A stretch of 63,035 bases of DNA, filler included, from 5 parts of 5 records of this genome joined end to end with filler, not necessarily neighbours in it; one strand, 5' to 3'. Shown: positions 37,230-47,233, counted from the whole stretch's first letter. Notes: a model not told the origin generated them from the sequence alone. Program-made: numbers and translations.

Positions 37230-38273
37230 ATGGGCACACGGATTGCAATTGTCGGCGCGACAGGAAATGTCGGGCGTGAATTGCTGGCCATTCTGGACGA
37301 GCGCATGTTCCCGGCGGACGAAGTTTATGCCGTGGCCTCGCGCCGGTCGCTCGGCAAGGAAGTCTCCTATGGCGACCGCACGCTGAAATGCCAGGACATA
37401 GAAAGCTTCGACTTTTCCAAGGTCGATCTCGTCCTGATGTCGGCGGGCGGATCCACCGCGAAACAATGGTGCCCGAAGATCGCCAAGGCCGGGGCCATCA
37501 CCATCGACAATTCCTCCGCCTGGCGGATGGACCCGGACGTGCCGCTGGTCGTGCCGGAGTGCAATGGCGAAGCGGTGATGGACTACAAGAAGAAGATGAT
37601 CATCGCGAACCCGAACTGCTCGACCGCGCAGCTCGTGGTGGCGCTGAAGCCGCTGCATGACGCCGTGGGCGTCAAGCGCGTCGTCGTCTCAACCTACCAG
37701 TCCGTCTCCGGCGCCGGCAAGGATGCCATGGACGAGCTGTGGAACCAGACGCGCGGTATTTATGTGAATGACGAGCCGACACCGGAGATCTTCCAGAAGG
37801 AAATCGCCTTCAACGTAATCCCGCAGATCGACGTCTTCATGGAAGACGGCTTCACCAAGGAAGAATGGAAGATGCGCGTCGAGACGAAGAAGATCGTCGA
37901 CGAGAGTATCGAGCTTGTCGCCACTTGCGTGCGGGTACCAGTCTTTGTCGGCCACTCCGAAGCGGTCAGCGTGGAACTGAATGCACCGATGAGCGCGAAG
38001 GAAGCGCAGGACCTGCTGCGCGAGAGCCCCGGCATCATGCTGGTCGATGATCCGGAAGAAGACCTCTACATCACGCCGAAAGAATGCGTCGGCGACTGGG
38101 CGACCTTCATCAGCCGCGTGCGCAAGGACCCGACCGTCGAGAACGGCCTGATGTTCTGGTGCGTCTCCGACAATCTGCGCAAGGGCGCAGCGCTGAACGC
38201 GATCCAGATCGCCGAGGAGCTCCTGAACCGCGGCGTCATCAAGCCGGAGAAACAGCCGGCTGTGACGGACTAG
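37230..38273 (+). CDS. asd: Aspartate-semialdehyde dehydrogenase
   Basis: GATGNVG, DNSSAWRM, ANPNCST, QSVSGAG, DNLRKGAALN. Confidence 0.98.
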   Translation: MGTRIAIVGATGNVGRELLAILDERMFPADEVYAVASRRSLGKEVSYGDRTLKCQDIESFDFSKVDLVLMSAGGSTAKQWCPKIAKAGAITIDNSSAWRMDPDVPLVVPECNGEAVMDYKKKMIIANPNCSTAQLVVALKPLHDAVGVKRVVVSTYQSVSGAGKDAMDELWNQTRGIYVNDEPTPEIFQKEIAFNVIPQIDVFMEDGFTKEEWKMRVETKKIVDESIELVATCVRVPVFVGHSEAVSVELNAPMSAKEAQDLLRESPGIMLVDDPEEDLYITPKECVGDWATFISRVRKDPTVENGLMFWCVSDNLRKGAALNAIQIAEELLNRGVIKPEKQPAVTD

Positions 38274-39649
38274 TCCGTCTCCGAATCAAACTTTGCTTTG
38301 CGGGTCTCAACGGTGACGTTGAGGCCCGTTGCGCTTTTGAGATGAAGGTCGCGCTGCGGGAAGGGGATCTCGAGTTCGTATTTCTCCAGCGCCGTGTGCA
38401 GCGCCCAGTTATAGTCGGCGACGACGCGGGCTGGGCGGCTGACGGCGGCATCGGTCAACCAGACGACGAGCTCAAATTCCAGTGCGCTGTCGCCGAACTT
38501 GGTCAGCCAGACCTGCGGGGTGCGGCCCGGCATTCCTTTCAGCGTCCACTCAACTTCCTCGGCAGCCTCGAGGCCCGCCTTGCGGACGAGTTCCTTGTCT
38601 GAACCGTAAGCTACACCGAACGGCACACGTACGCGGCGGCGCGCTTCGCGCAGCGTCCAGTTGATGACCTGCGCCTTGATGAACTCCTCGTTCGGCACGA
38701 GGATGTCGACATTGTCGTTGGTGGTGACGAGGGTGGAGCGGATATTGATCTCGCGCACGAGGCCCGTGACGCCGGACTGAAGTTCAATGAAGTCGCCGAC
38801 CTTTACGGACTTTTCGATCAGGATGATCAGGCCCGACACGAAGTTCGAGAAGATCGCCTGCAGGCCGAAGCCGATACCGATGCCCAGTGTACCGGAGAGG
38901 ATGGTCAGGGCCGTCAGGTTCACGCCCACCACCTGAAGCGCGATCAGGATGGCGATGATGATGAAGGCAATCTTCAGCACCTGGCCGAGCAGCCCGGCCA
39001 TGGACGGCGTCAGCTTTTTTGAACTGCGTAGCTGGGCCTGCGCAGCGTCCCCCGCAATCCGGCCGAGCCAGAGGGCGAAGGCGGCGACCGCGAGGCTGGT
39101 CAGCAGGCGCAGGATGGAGAATTTCACCCCGCCAAACTCGATAATCGTTGAATCGAGCGACTGCGTCACCGGCTGCAGCAGGCGCAGGATGTAGAGTGCC
39201 GCGATCAGCCAGGCGAGCAGGGCCAGCGTATTGGCCACCATCCCGTCACGGATGTTCGACGTGATCAGGCGCACGATGATCCAGGCATTGAGCAGGCTGG
39301 CCGCGACGCGCAGGATCTCGTTGCGCAGGCCGAACTGGTCAAAGGCCGGGATCGTGACCCAGAGCAGGAGCGCGGTCACGACCGGCCAGACAATCCGGGC
39401 AGAGGAAACGGCCGCGTGGAACAACACGTCAGGCCGCTCGCGGCTGGCGGCCAGTTTCTTCAGCCTTGTGACAGGCACGCGGGACAGGAAAAAGCCGGCG
39501 ATCCCTGCAATGACGATCGAGAGGAATTGCCAGAGCGACGCATAGGAAACGAACTCGGCGGCCAGCTTGACCACATCATCCTGGATGGAATGAAGCACAT
39601 CCTGGAACTTCAGCGAGTTCAGCAGGGACGGGGATGTTTCTTCTTCCAT
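38270..39649 (-). CDS. MscS-family mechanosensitive channel
   Basis: GIGFGLQ, SNFVSGLIIL, VKVGD, VPNE, GVAYGSD, IPFPQRDL. Confidence 0.95.
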   Translation of the reverse strand: MEEETSPSLLNSLKFQDVLHSIQDDVVKLAAEFVSYASLWQFLSIVIAGIAGFFLSRVPVTRLKKLAASRERPDVLFHAAVSSARIVWPVVTALLLWVTIPAFDQFGLRNEILRVAASLLNAWIIVRLITSNIRDGMVANTLALLAWLIAALYILRLLQPVTQSLDSTIIEFGGVKFSILRLLTSLAVAAFALWLGRIAGDAAQAQLRSSKKLTPSMAGLLGQVLKIAFIIIAILIALQVVGVNLTALTILSGTLGIGIGFGLQAIFSNFVSGLIILIEKSVKVGDFIELQSGVTGLVREINIRSTLVTTNDNVDILVPNEEFIKAQVINWTLREARRRVRVPFGVAYGSDKELVRKAGLEAAEEVEWTLKGMPGRTPQVWLTKFGDSALEFELVVWLTDAAVSRPARVVADYNWALHTALEKYELEIPFPQRDLHLKSATGLNVTVETRKAKFDSETD

Positions 39650-39777
39650 CTGGCGGGCATGTCTCCGTGCGTTAAGTGACTGTTTCTTCTTGAAATCTAG
39701 ACGATGCGCGGCTCAAGGCAACCGAAGCCGGATTTCGTAACTATCCAAGGGGCAGCCGTGTTGATACAGCGCGGCGC

Positions 39778-40686
39778 ATGTCTTCGAGCCAGCGTTTCGG
39801 TTTCCTTGTCGGCCTGACGGCCTATTTCATCTGGGGCAGCCTGCCGCTGTACATCCGGGCGATGCGTCATGTCCTGCCGCAGGAATTGCTGGCGCACCGG
39901 GTCATCTGGTCCGTGCCGACTGCGGTGGTGCTGATCGCGCTGGCCGGGAACTGGCGCGATATCTGCGTCGCTTTCCAGCGGCATACGGCCAAATGGCTGC
40001 TGCTTTCCGGCCTGATCATCGGGCTGAACTGGGGCGTCTATATCTCGGCTGTGAATGCCGACCGGACGATCGAGGCCTCGCTTGGCTATTTCATCAATCC
40101 GCTGGTGAGCGTGCTGTTCGGCATGGTGTTTTTTGCCGAGAAGCTGCGCCCGGCCCAATGGGCGTCGGTCGGAATTGCGGCGGTGGGCGTTGGCGTTGTG
40201 ACGTTCGCTTACGGGCATGTGCCGTGGATTGCCCTGTTCCTCTGCATGAGTTTTGCGTCCTATGGCGTTATCCGGAAGAAGGTCGCGGTCGACAGCCGGG
40301 CAGGGTTCCTGATGGAAGTCGTCGTGCTTGTCCCTCTGGCGGTCGGCTGGCTCGCCTGGTTCGTGCAGCAGCCGGACGGCCGGCCGATGGGACTGGGCGG
40401 TTGGGACATTCCGCTGCTGATGGCGGCGGGTCCGATCACGGCCTTCCCGCTGATCCTGTTCGCCCTGGCGGCCAAGCGCCTCAAACTGTCGACCATCGGC
40501 ATGATGCAATATATCGGGCCGAGCATTCAATTCCTGATCGCGGTGTTCATTTTCCGGGAGCCGTTCGGCATGACGCTGGCCATCGCATTCGGCTTTATCT
40601 GGCTGGCGCTGGCCGTGTTCACCGTCGATTCCATGGTGGGCGAGGCAAAGGCCCGGCGGCTTGCCCGCGCGGCGCGGCCTGTCTGA
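39778..40686 (+). CDS. rarD: RarD EamA-family permease
   Basis: HRVIWS, EASLGYFINPL, YGVIRK, QYIGP. Confidence 0.92.
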   Translation: MSSSQRFGFLVGLTAYFIWGSLPLYIRAMRHVLPQELLAHRVIWSVPTAVVLIALAGNWRDICVAFQRHTAKWLLLSGLIIGLNWGVYISAVNADRTIEASLGYFINPLVSVLFGMVFFAEKLRPAQWASVGIAAVGVGVVTFAYGHVPWIALFLCMSFASYGVIRKKVAVDSRAGFLMEVVVLVPLAVGWLAWFVQQPDGRPMGLGGWDIPLLMAAGPITAFPLILFALAAKRLKLSTIGMMQYIGPSIQFLIAVFIFREPFGMTLAIAFGFIWLALAVFTVDSMVGEAKARRLARAARPV

Positions 40687-40694
40687 TTTCCGGA

Positions 40695-40797
40695 GAAAAA
40701 TGCCCCGGCGCCAAGGGGAGTGGCACCGGGGCGTGTCAGTTTCTGACAGATAGAGATGGGAGTCCTATCTGAGGCCGTATTCTGCAATAAATACGCC
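40695..40797 (-). ncRNA. Candidate small RNA with two C-rich anti-SD loops, ending in an intrinsic terminator
   Basis: Minus-strand hairpins with loops CUCCCA (40747-40771) and CUCCCCU (40702-40732), followed by a U5 tract. Confidence 0.55.
40696..40732 (-). terminator. Rho-independent terminator
   Basis: 12-bp GC-rich stem (one G-U on the minus strand) followed by UUUUU. Confidence 0.8.
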
Positions 40798-40819
40798 AGA
40801 TCTCGAGACACAGGACGGT

Positions 40820-41437
40820 TCAGGCACGTGAGGTGGACATCGCGATCCAGAGCGCCACGATAGCGAGCGCGAGGCCAAAACAAATCCGCGCAGCGAACGA
40901 GGTCCGCCACTTTTCCAGAATCCCGCCGAGATGGTCCGCGACCAGAACGATGGTCACATGGACAATCAGCGAGAGGAGGATGTGCAGGCTGCCGAGCGTG
41001 AGGATCTGCAGCCAGAGATGCCCGAGCCGTGGATCGGCGAACTGGCCAACGACCAGAAGGTAGAAGACCAGCGCCTTGGGGTTCAGCAAATTGGCGATCA
41101 GGCCGCGCCGGAATCCGGCCAGCTTGTTTGCCATGGCGGGCGGCGCCGAGCCGTCATCGCTGAACGCTTCCCAGGCGAGGTAGAGCATGAAGGCCACGCC
41201 GCCCCAGCGCAGCGCCTCGTAAAGTGTAATCGAACCGGCGAGCAGGGCGGATAGGCCCGTCGCCGCGGCCAGCAGCTGGATGGCAAGCCCGAGCGTAATC
41301 CCCGCCACCGCCTTCATGCCATGCTCGCGGCCTGCGCGCGCCGACAGGGTGGCGAGCCAGCCCATGTTCGGGCCGGGCGTCAGTTCCACCGCCAGCATGG
41401 CAACGATGAAGGCAGGCCAGTCGAGCGAGACGAACAT
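40820..41437 (-). CDS. LysE/RhtB-family translocator
   Basis: TPGPN, YLAW, NLLNPKA. Confidence 0.93.
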   Translation of the reverse strand: MFVSLDWPAFIVAMLAVELTPGPNMGWLATLSARAGREHGMKAVAGITLGLAIQLLAAATGLSALLAGSITLYEALRWGGVAFMLYLAWEAFSDDGSAPPAMANKLAGFRRGLIANLLNPKALVFYLLVVGQFADPRLGHLWLQILTLGSLHILLSLIVHVTIVLVADHLGGILEKWRTSFAARICFGLALAIVALWIAMSTSRA

Positions 41438-41438
41438 G

Positions 41439-42542
41439 TCAGAGGGCGGCGTAGACGGCTTCGACCAGGCGGACGGCGCGCGGATCCCCGACCAGCACGT
41501 TCGACTGCCGGTTCATGACATAGGCGCAGGTCAGTTCCGCATCCGGATCGGACACGGCCATCGACCCGCCCCAGCCGGAATGGCCGAGCGTCGCCGGGTT
41601 CGGGCCGAACAGGCCGTGCGTGTTCAGCATGATGCCGGCGCCGAAGCTGGTCTCCAGCGGCAGCACCAGATCGGGCCCGTGGGTGCGCGGGCGGATCAGG
41701 TCCTCGAATATACCGGCGCGCAGCTTGCCGCCGCCGTTGCGGGCATAGTGATGGTAAATCGCGCCGACGCTTTCGGCGGTGCCATGACCGTTGGCAGACG
41801 GAATTTCGATCTCGCGCCAGTTGGCGCCGCCCCGGTTGGGTGCGGACCATTTGTAGACGAAGGCCGCCTTCCGGTAGTCGTTCAGCTCACCAAGGTCTGC
41901 AAGGGCGCTCGGACGTTTGATGTCGGCGCAGCGGCCATGTTCGCTGGCGGGCAGGCCGATATGAAAATCCACATCCCCGAACATCGACTTCAGTGTCGTG
42001 CCGAGTGTTTCCCCGCTGATGCGGCGAGCGATCTCCCCGGCGATATAGCCCCAGGTCAGCGGGTGGTAGCCATGCGCCGTGCCCGGCGGCCACATCGGGG
42101 CGAGCTCTGCGATGGCGGCCGCGCAGGCGGGGGGGTCCAGCCAGAGTTCGGGGTCGATTTCTTCCGGGAAGCCAGGCAGGCCTGCCTGATGGCTGAGGGC
42201 CTGTCCGATCGTGACAGCCTCTTTTCCATTGGCGGCAAATTCCGGCCAGATGGACGCGACCGGGGTTTCGTAGCCGTCCGGCAGCGTGTCGACGAGGGAG
42301 GCGAGGACGAAGGCGGCGATGCCCTTTGTGGTCGAATAGACCGGCACCAGCGTCTCGGCGCCCCACGGCACAGATTTCTGCCGGTCGGCCCAACCGCCCA
42401 GCAGCGAGGCGACCAGCTCGCCCCGGTGATAGACGGCGAAGCCGGCGCCCAGTTCGTCCATGTCTGTGAAGTTCGCTTCGAACACGTCACGGACGTTTTC
42501 AAGGCCAGCGGCGGTGAAGCCGGAAATCGGGAAGTCAGTCAT
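41439..42542 (-). CDS. Beta-lactamase-fold serine hydrolase (esterase)
   Basis: STTK SxxK, LSHQAG, GYH, GHSGWGG. Confidence 0.92.
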   Translation of the reverse strand: MTDFPISGFTAAGLENVRDVFEANFTDMDELGAGFAVYHRGELVASLLGGWADRQKSVPWGAETLVPVYSTTKGIAAFVLASLVDTLPDGYETPVASIWPEFAANGKEAVTIGQALSHQAGLPGFPEEIDPELWLDPPACAAAIAELAPMWPPGTAHGYHPLTWGYIAGEIARRISGETLGTTLKSMFGDVDFHIGLPASEHGRCADIKRPSALADLGELNDYRKAAFVYKWSAPNRGGANWREIEIPSANGHGTAESVGAIYHHYARNGGGKLRAGIFEDLIRPRTHGPDLVLPLETSFGAGIMLNTHGLFGPNPATLGHSGWGGSMAVSDPDAELTCAYVMNRQSNVLVGDPRAVRLVEAVYAAL

Positions 42543-42558
42543 GCCTCGGCCATACGGC

Positions 42559-43080
42559 TTATTCTGCGCCGTTGTCGAGAACGTTTACTGCCAGTCTGTC
42601 CGATTGGGCGTCGTCCATTTCCTGGAGGAAGTCTTCCAGCTCGATCTGCCACTCGAATATCTGGCTTAGGCCGAATTTCATTTCATCGCGGAATTCCTGT
42701 TGCAGGCGTATGCAAACCACCTGGCCGAACCATTTCTCTTCGGCATAGGCCGTTGCTTTCTTGTGTCCGGCATTATGCGCATTTGCGACCTCAAGGGCCT
42801 CGATCCGGGAAAAGCCCGGCATTTCCCGGCAGGAGACATAGCGGATCGCTTCGCAGGCCTTTTGCGGGCCTTCGCAATCGCGCAGGATTGCATCGAAGCT
42901 CTGGCCAAGCATTTCCCCTGTCATGACCGGGTGCCCGTCGAGATAGGCGATATCCAGCGCCTCGGCATCACGTTTGGCGAATTCGTCACGCAACTGAACG
43001 ATGGTGATCGGCTCAGCAAATGCGTGCAGCAGTGGCGCGGCAACCATAAGCAGCAAGGAGAGTGTCGTACGCCCGAACAT
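42559..43080 (-). CDS. Exported hypothetical protein, possibly YbjN-like fold
   Basis: Signal peptide, paired Cys; family call tentative. Confidence 0.55.
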   Translation of the reverse strand: MFGRTTLSLLLMVAAPLLHAFAEPITIVQLRDEFAKRDAEALDIAYLDGHPVMTGEMLGQSFDAILRDCEGPQKACEAIRYVSCREMPGFSRIEALEVANAHNAGHKKATAYAEEKWFGQVVCIRLQQEFRDEMKFGLSQIFEWQIELEDFLQEMDDAQSDRLAVNVLDNGAE

Positions 43081-43209
43081 TTAAACTTACCGGAATATTT
43101 GAATAGAAATCTGAGCTAAACGGTTTTCCGGTTCTGAAGCAATTGCCGCAGTTGCACCCGCAGCAGTGCGAGGCGATAGTTCGCGCGCTTGAAAAGGGAT
43201 TGAACGACC

Positions 43210-44097
43210 ATGCCTTCACAGACGCACCGCCCGCGCCGCTCCTGTCTCTACATGCCCGGCGCCAATGAACGGGCCCTGGAAAAGGCCCGCGGCCTGCCGG
43301 CTGACACATTGCTGCTGGATCTGGAGGACGCTGTTGCGCCGGACGCGAAGCTTGGTGCGCGCGAAGCCATCCTCAGCGCTGTGAAACAGGGCGGGTATGG
43401 TTACCGCGAGATTGTCGTCCGCATGAACGGACTCGCCACCGAATGGGGCGCCGATGACCTGAAAATGGCTGTTTCCAGCGGCGCAAAGGCCGTTTTGGCG
43501 CCGAAAGTCGAATCCGCCGCCGACATTCACGCCCTCGACACGGCGCTGACCGAGGCTGGCGCGCCTGCCGATTTCGGCCTCTGGGTCATGATCGAAATGC
43601 CGAAAGCGATCCTGCATATCGAGGAAATCGCCGCCACCGCCGCCGAGACGCGTCTCACCACATTCGTGATGGGCACCAATGACCTGGCCAAGGAATACCG
43701 GGCCCGGATGACGCGCGACCGGATCGCCTTCCAGACGGCGCTGCAGCTGACCATCGCCGCGGCCCGTGCCTATGGCGTCACCGCTATCGACGGCGTCTTC
43801 AACGACATCAAGGACGAGGACGGCCTGATCTTCGAATGCGAACAGGGCCGCGACCTCGGTTTTGACGGCAAGACGCTGATCCACCCCTCGCAGCTGGACA
43901 CCGCCAACCGCGTCTTCGCGCCGAGCCATAATGACGTCGAGCAGGCGAAAGCCGTGATCGAGGCCTTCGCCGACCCGGCCAATGCCGGCAAGGGCGTACT
44001 GAAGGTGAACGGCAAGATGACCGAGCTGCTCCACCTCGACGAAGCCCGCCGCACCGTCGCCATGGATGAGGCCATCCGCGCCTTCGAAACGGCCTGA
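43210..44097 (+). CDS. CitE-family CoA-ester lyase (malyl-CoA thioesterase/lyase-like)
   Basis: RSCLYMPG, DLEDAV, MIE, GTNDL, GKTLIHP. Confidence 0.88.
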   Translation: MPSQTHRPRRSCLYMPGANERALEKARGLPADTLLLDLEDAVAPDAKLGAREAILSAVKQGGYGYREIVVRMNGLATEWGADDLKMAVSSGAKAVLAPKVESAADIHALDTALTEAGAPADFGLWVMIEMPKAILHIEEIAATAAETRLTTFVMGTNDLAKEYRARMTRDRIAFQTALQLTIAAARAYGVTAIDGVFNDIKDEDGLIFECEQGRDLGFDGKTLIHPSQLDTANRVFAPSHNDVEQAKAVIEAFADPANAGKGVLKVNGKMTELLHLDEARRTVAMDEAIRAFETA

Positions 44098-44117
44098 GCC
44101 GGCAAGGGGAGAACCTG

Positions 44118-44465
44118 ATGAGCTACACCATCCTGCACAATCCGAACTGCTCGACTTCCCGAAAGGGGCTGGACCTGCTCAAGGAAGCGGGCGTCGAGCC
44201 TGAGGTGCGCAAATACATGAATGCCACCGAGCGGCTTTCGGTCGAGGAATTGAAAGACATCGCGAAAAAGATGGGCGGAGTCTCCCCGCGGGCGTTCATG
44301 CGCGCCAAGGATGCGCCCGCCGCCGGAATCGATTCGGATTCCAGCGATGAGACGATTTTCGAGGCCATGGCGGAGAACCCGAAGCTGATCCAGCGCCCGA
44401 TCGGCATCAAGGGCAAGAAGGCCGTCCTTGGCCGGCCGCCGGAAGACCTGCTGAAAGTCGTCTGA
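44118..44465 (+). CDS. arsC: ArsC-family (glutaredoxin-type) arsenate reductase
   Basis: HNPNCSTSR, QRPI, GRPPE. Confidence 0.82.
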   Translation: MSYTILHNPNCSTSRKGLDLLKEAGVEPEVRKYMNATERLSVEELKDIAKKMGGVSPRAFMRAKDAPAAGIDSDSSDETIFEAMAENPKLIQRPIGIKGKKAVLGRPPEDLLKVV

Positions 44466-44557
44466 GATCTGCGAAATCGGGCTAAATCGGCCCGATTCGA
44501 TAAAATTTCATCGATTTCCGTCGCCAGATATAAGCCATTCGGCGCGAGACTGGCGTC

Positions 44558-44824
44558 ATGATGACGATGACCCTTCTCGCCGTGGCGGCCACGTGTCTCG
44601 CCTTCGCCGGCTTCTGCTGGTTTGGCCTGCCTTACATGATTGCGGGGCCGCGCGTGCTGGACCAGCTGCGCGGGCGCTTGACGGACAAGGCGCTGCTGGG
44701 GGGCCTGGTGACTGCGGCGATTTCGCTGGTTTGGGTGCTTCAGGCGTCTCCGGCCTTGATTTCACATGGGCCGAGCGTGCAGGTAGTCGCCGATCAGATG
44801 ACGGGCGGCAGCTGGCAGGTCTAA
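44558..44824 (+). CDS. Small hypothetical membrane protein
   Basis: Two hydrophobic helices; fills the gap co-directionally. Confidence 0.55.
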   Translation: MMTMTLLAVAATCLAFAGFCWFGLPYMIAGPRVLDQLRGRLTDKALLGGLVTAAISLVWVLQASPALISHGPSVQVVADQMTGGSWQV

Positions 44825-44854
44825 GCCGGACGCAGCCCCGCAAGCGAGGCTGCC

Positions 44855-45913
44855 ATGACCGCACAGACCAAATCCAATCCCGGCAATTACTTCGAAGATT
44901 TCTCGATCGGCATGGAGCTTGTCCATGCGACGCCCCAAACGGTGACGGAAGGCGATATCGCGCTCTACCGGGCGCTGACCGGGAACCGCTACGCCCAGTA
45001 TTCCTCGGCTGAGTTCGCAAAGGCTGCCGGCCTGCCGGGCCTCGCCATCGACCCGGTCCATGCCTTCCACGTCGTGTTCGGCAAATCCGTGCCGGATATC
45101 TCGCTCAACGCCGTGGCGAACCTTGGCTATGCCGACGGCCGCATCCGCCGTCCGATCATGCCGGGCGACACGCTGAATACGGTGTCCGAAGTCATCGGCA
45201 TGAAGGAAAACTCCAACAAGCGCACCGGTGTCGTCTGGGTGCGCACGCGCGGATTCAACCAGAATGGCATCGAGGTGATGTCCTTCGTGCGCTGGGTGAT
45301 GGTGAACAAGTGGGAGGAGGACGCCGCCGTGCCGCCCGCCCATATTCCGGACCTGCCGGACGCCGTACCGGGCAGCGAGCTGGAAGGCTTCGCCCCGATG
45401 GAAGACTGGGACTTCTCGCTCGCAGGCTCGCCCTACGGCTATGAAGACTATGAGATCGGCGAGAAGATCAATCACGTCGACGGCATGACGGTGGAAGAGG
45501 CCGAGCACCAGATCGCGACGCGCCTGTACCAGAACACCGCGAAGGTCCATTTCGACGCCCATGGCCAGAAATCGAGCCGCTTCGGCAAGCGCCTCATTTA
45601 TGGCGGCGTGGTGATCTCCATCGCCCGATCGCTCGCCTTCAATGGCCTTGCCAATGCGGGCCAGGTGCTGGCCATCAATGCCGGCACGCATGCCAGCCCG
45701 CTCTTCGCCGGTGACACGATCTATGCGTGGAGCGAAGTGCTGGACAAGGCAGAGCTGTCGGACAAGGCAGGGGCGCTGCGTCTCCGCCTCGTCGCTGTGA
45801 AGGACCAGGATCCCGGCGCGTTCGCCTACAAGACCGGCGACGGCAAGTATGCCGACGGCGTGCTGCTCGACTTCGACTATTGGGCGGCCATTCCAAAGCG
45901 CAGCGGTCGTTGA
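44855..45913 (+). CDS. mch: Mesaconyl-CoA hydratase (double MaoC)
   Basis: GNYFEDF, FGKSVPDISLNAVANLGY, YQNTAKVHF, LIYGG. Confidence 0.88.
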   Translation: MTAQTKSNPGNYFEDFSIGMELVHATPQTVTEGDIALYRALTGNRYAQYSSAEFAKAAGLPGLAIDPVHAFHVVFGKSVPDISLNAVANLGYADGRIRRPIMPGDTLNTVSEVIGMKENSNKRTGVVWVRTRGFNQNGIEVMSFVRWVMVNKWEEDAAVPPAHIPDLPDAVPGSELEGFAPMEDWDFSLAGSPYGYEDYEIGEKINHVDGMTVEEAEHQIATRLYQNTAKVHFDAHGQKSSRFGKRLIYGGVVISIARSLAFNGLANAGQVLAINAGTHASPLFAGDTIYAWSEVLDKAELSDKAGALRLRLVAVKDQDPGAFAYKTGDGKYADGVLLDFDYWAAIPKRSGR

Positions 45914-45950
45914 TCTTCCGGAAGGGCGGCCCCGGGCCTATATGCACGCC

Positions 45951-46367
45951 ATGAGCGGGTATGGCCCTTTTGACGGATTTACACTGGTGGCCATCGCGCT
46001 TGCGGTGATCCTGTCGGCCTTGGTGAGCCTGATCGGCACATCGGGCCGCAAACGGAACATCGTGCTCGGCGAGGCGCAGGTCGGTGATCTGGCCGAGATG
46101 ACCGGTATCCGGGATCCAAAACGCCTGCAGGAAGTCTTCGGCCCGCCGGATATGGGCCGCGTCTGGCGCAGCGTGACCTTGCTGGACGTCCGCCGCGCCC
46201 GCACGCCGGAAGGCTGGCTGATGTCATCAGACCTTGTCGACTATGCCTGTATCGCCGCGGCCGTGACGGCGATGATGGTGCCTTTCCGGCTGATGCCGGC
46301 AATTCTCCTGCTGGCGCTTGGCATTCAGGTGGCAGGCTGGATCGTCTCGACGCGGCTGCCGCGATAG
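45951..46367 (+). CDS. Hypothetical membrane protein
   Basis: Three hydrophobic segments; start uncertain. Confidence 0.6.
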   Translation: MSGYGPFDGFTLVAIALAVILSALVSLIGTSGRKRNIVLGEAQVGDLAEMTGIRDPKRLQEVFGPPDMGRVWRSVTLLDVRRARTPEGWLMSSDLVDYACIAAAVTAMMVPFRLMPAILLLALGIQVAGWIVSTRLPR

Positions 46368-46418
46368 GGCAATAGATCCCGCTACGAAGAGTCCTGAAAA
46401 CCGGAGCCGGACGCGCAC

Positions 46419-47228
46419 ATGAAGATCTGGAAGATGAACGGGGCGGGCAATGCATTTGCCATTTTTGACGCCCGGTCTGTGCCGTTCTCCCCGACGGAGG
46501 ACCAGGTGCGCCAGCTGGCCGAGGAAATGAAAGCCGACCAGGTGATCGCGTTGGAGCGTGACGCTGCCCGCGACGTGTTCATGCGCATCTGGAACCGGGA
46601 TGGCAGCGAAGTCACGGCTTGCGGCAATGCCAGCCGCTGTGTCGGCCGCCTGCTGCTGGACGAGACCGGCAAGGAAAGGATCACGATCCAGACCGAGGCC
46701 GACATGCTGCGCGCCTTCCGCGCCGAAGACGGCCTGATCACGGTTGACATGGGCTCGCCCCTGATGGGCTGGGAAGACATTCCGCTGGCGGAAAAGATGG
46801 ATGTGCGAGGCGTCGACGTGAAAATCGGCCCGATGGACAACCCCATCCTGTCGCGCCCGGCGGTTGTTTCGATGGGCAATCCGCACGCGGTGTTCTTCGT
46901 TTCCGATGTGGACGCCTATGACATTCCGGCGCTCGGGCCGTTGGTGGAATGGCACCCGTTGTTTCCGGAAGGCACCAATGTCGGCTTTGCACAGGTGATT
47001 GACCGGAACACGATCCGCCTGCGCGTCTGGGAACGCGGGGCAGGGCTGACCAAGGCCTGCGGTACCGGTGCCTGCGCGGCGCTTGTCTGCGCGGCACGTG
47101 CAAAGCTCACCGAACGCAAGGCGAAGCTGATCCTCGATGGCGGGGAATTGCTGATCGAATGGCGCGAAAGCGACGACCGCGTCTACATGACCGGCCCCGT
47201 CGAACTGGAATTCGAAACCGAGATCTGA
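46419..47228 (+). CDS. dapF: Diaminopimelate epimerase
   Basis: KMNGAGN, CGNASRC, GNPH, WERGAG, ACGTG. Confidence 0.97.
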   Translation: MKIWKMNGAGNAFAIFDARSVPFSPTEDQVRQLAEEMKADQVIALERDAARDVFMRIWNRDGSEVTACGNASRCVGRLLLDETGKERITIQTEADMLRAFRAEDGLITVDMGSPLMGWEDIPLAEKMDVRGVDVKIGPMDNPILSRPAVVSMGNPHAVFFVSDVDAYDIPALGPLVEWHPLFPEGTNVGFAQVIDRNTIRLRVWERGAGLTKACGTGACAALVCAARAKLTERKAKLILDGGELLIEWRESDDRVYMTGPVELEFETEI

Positions 47229-47233
47229 GCTAA

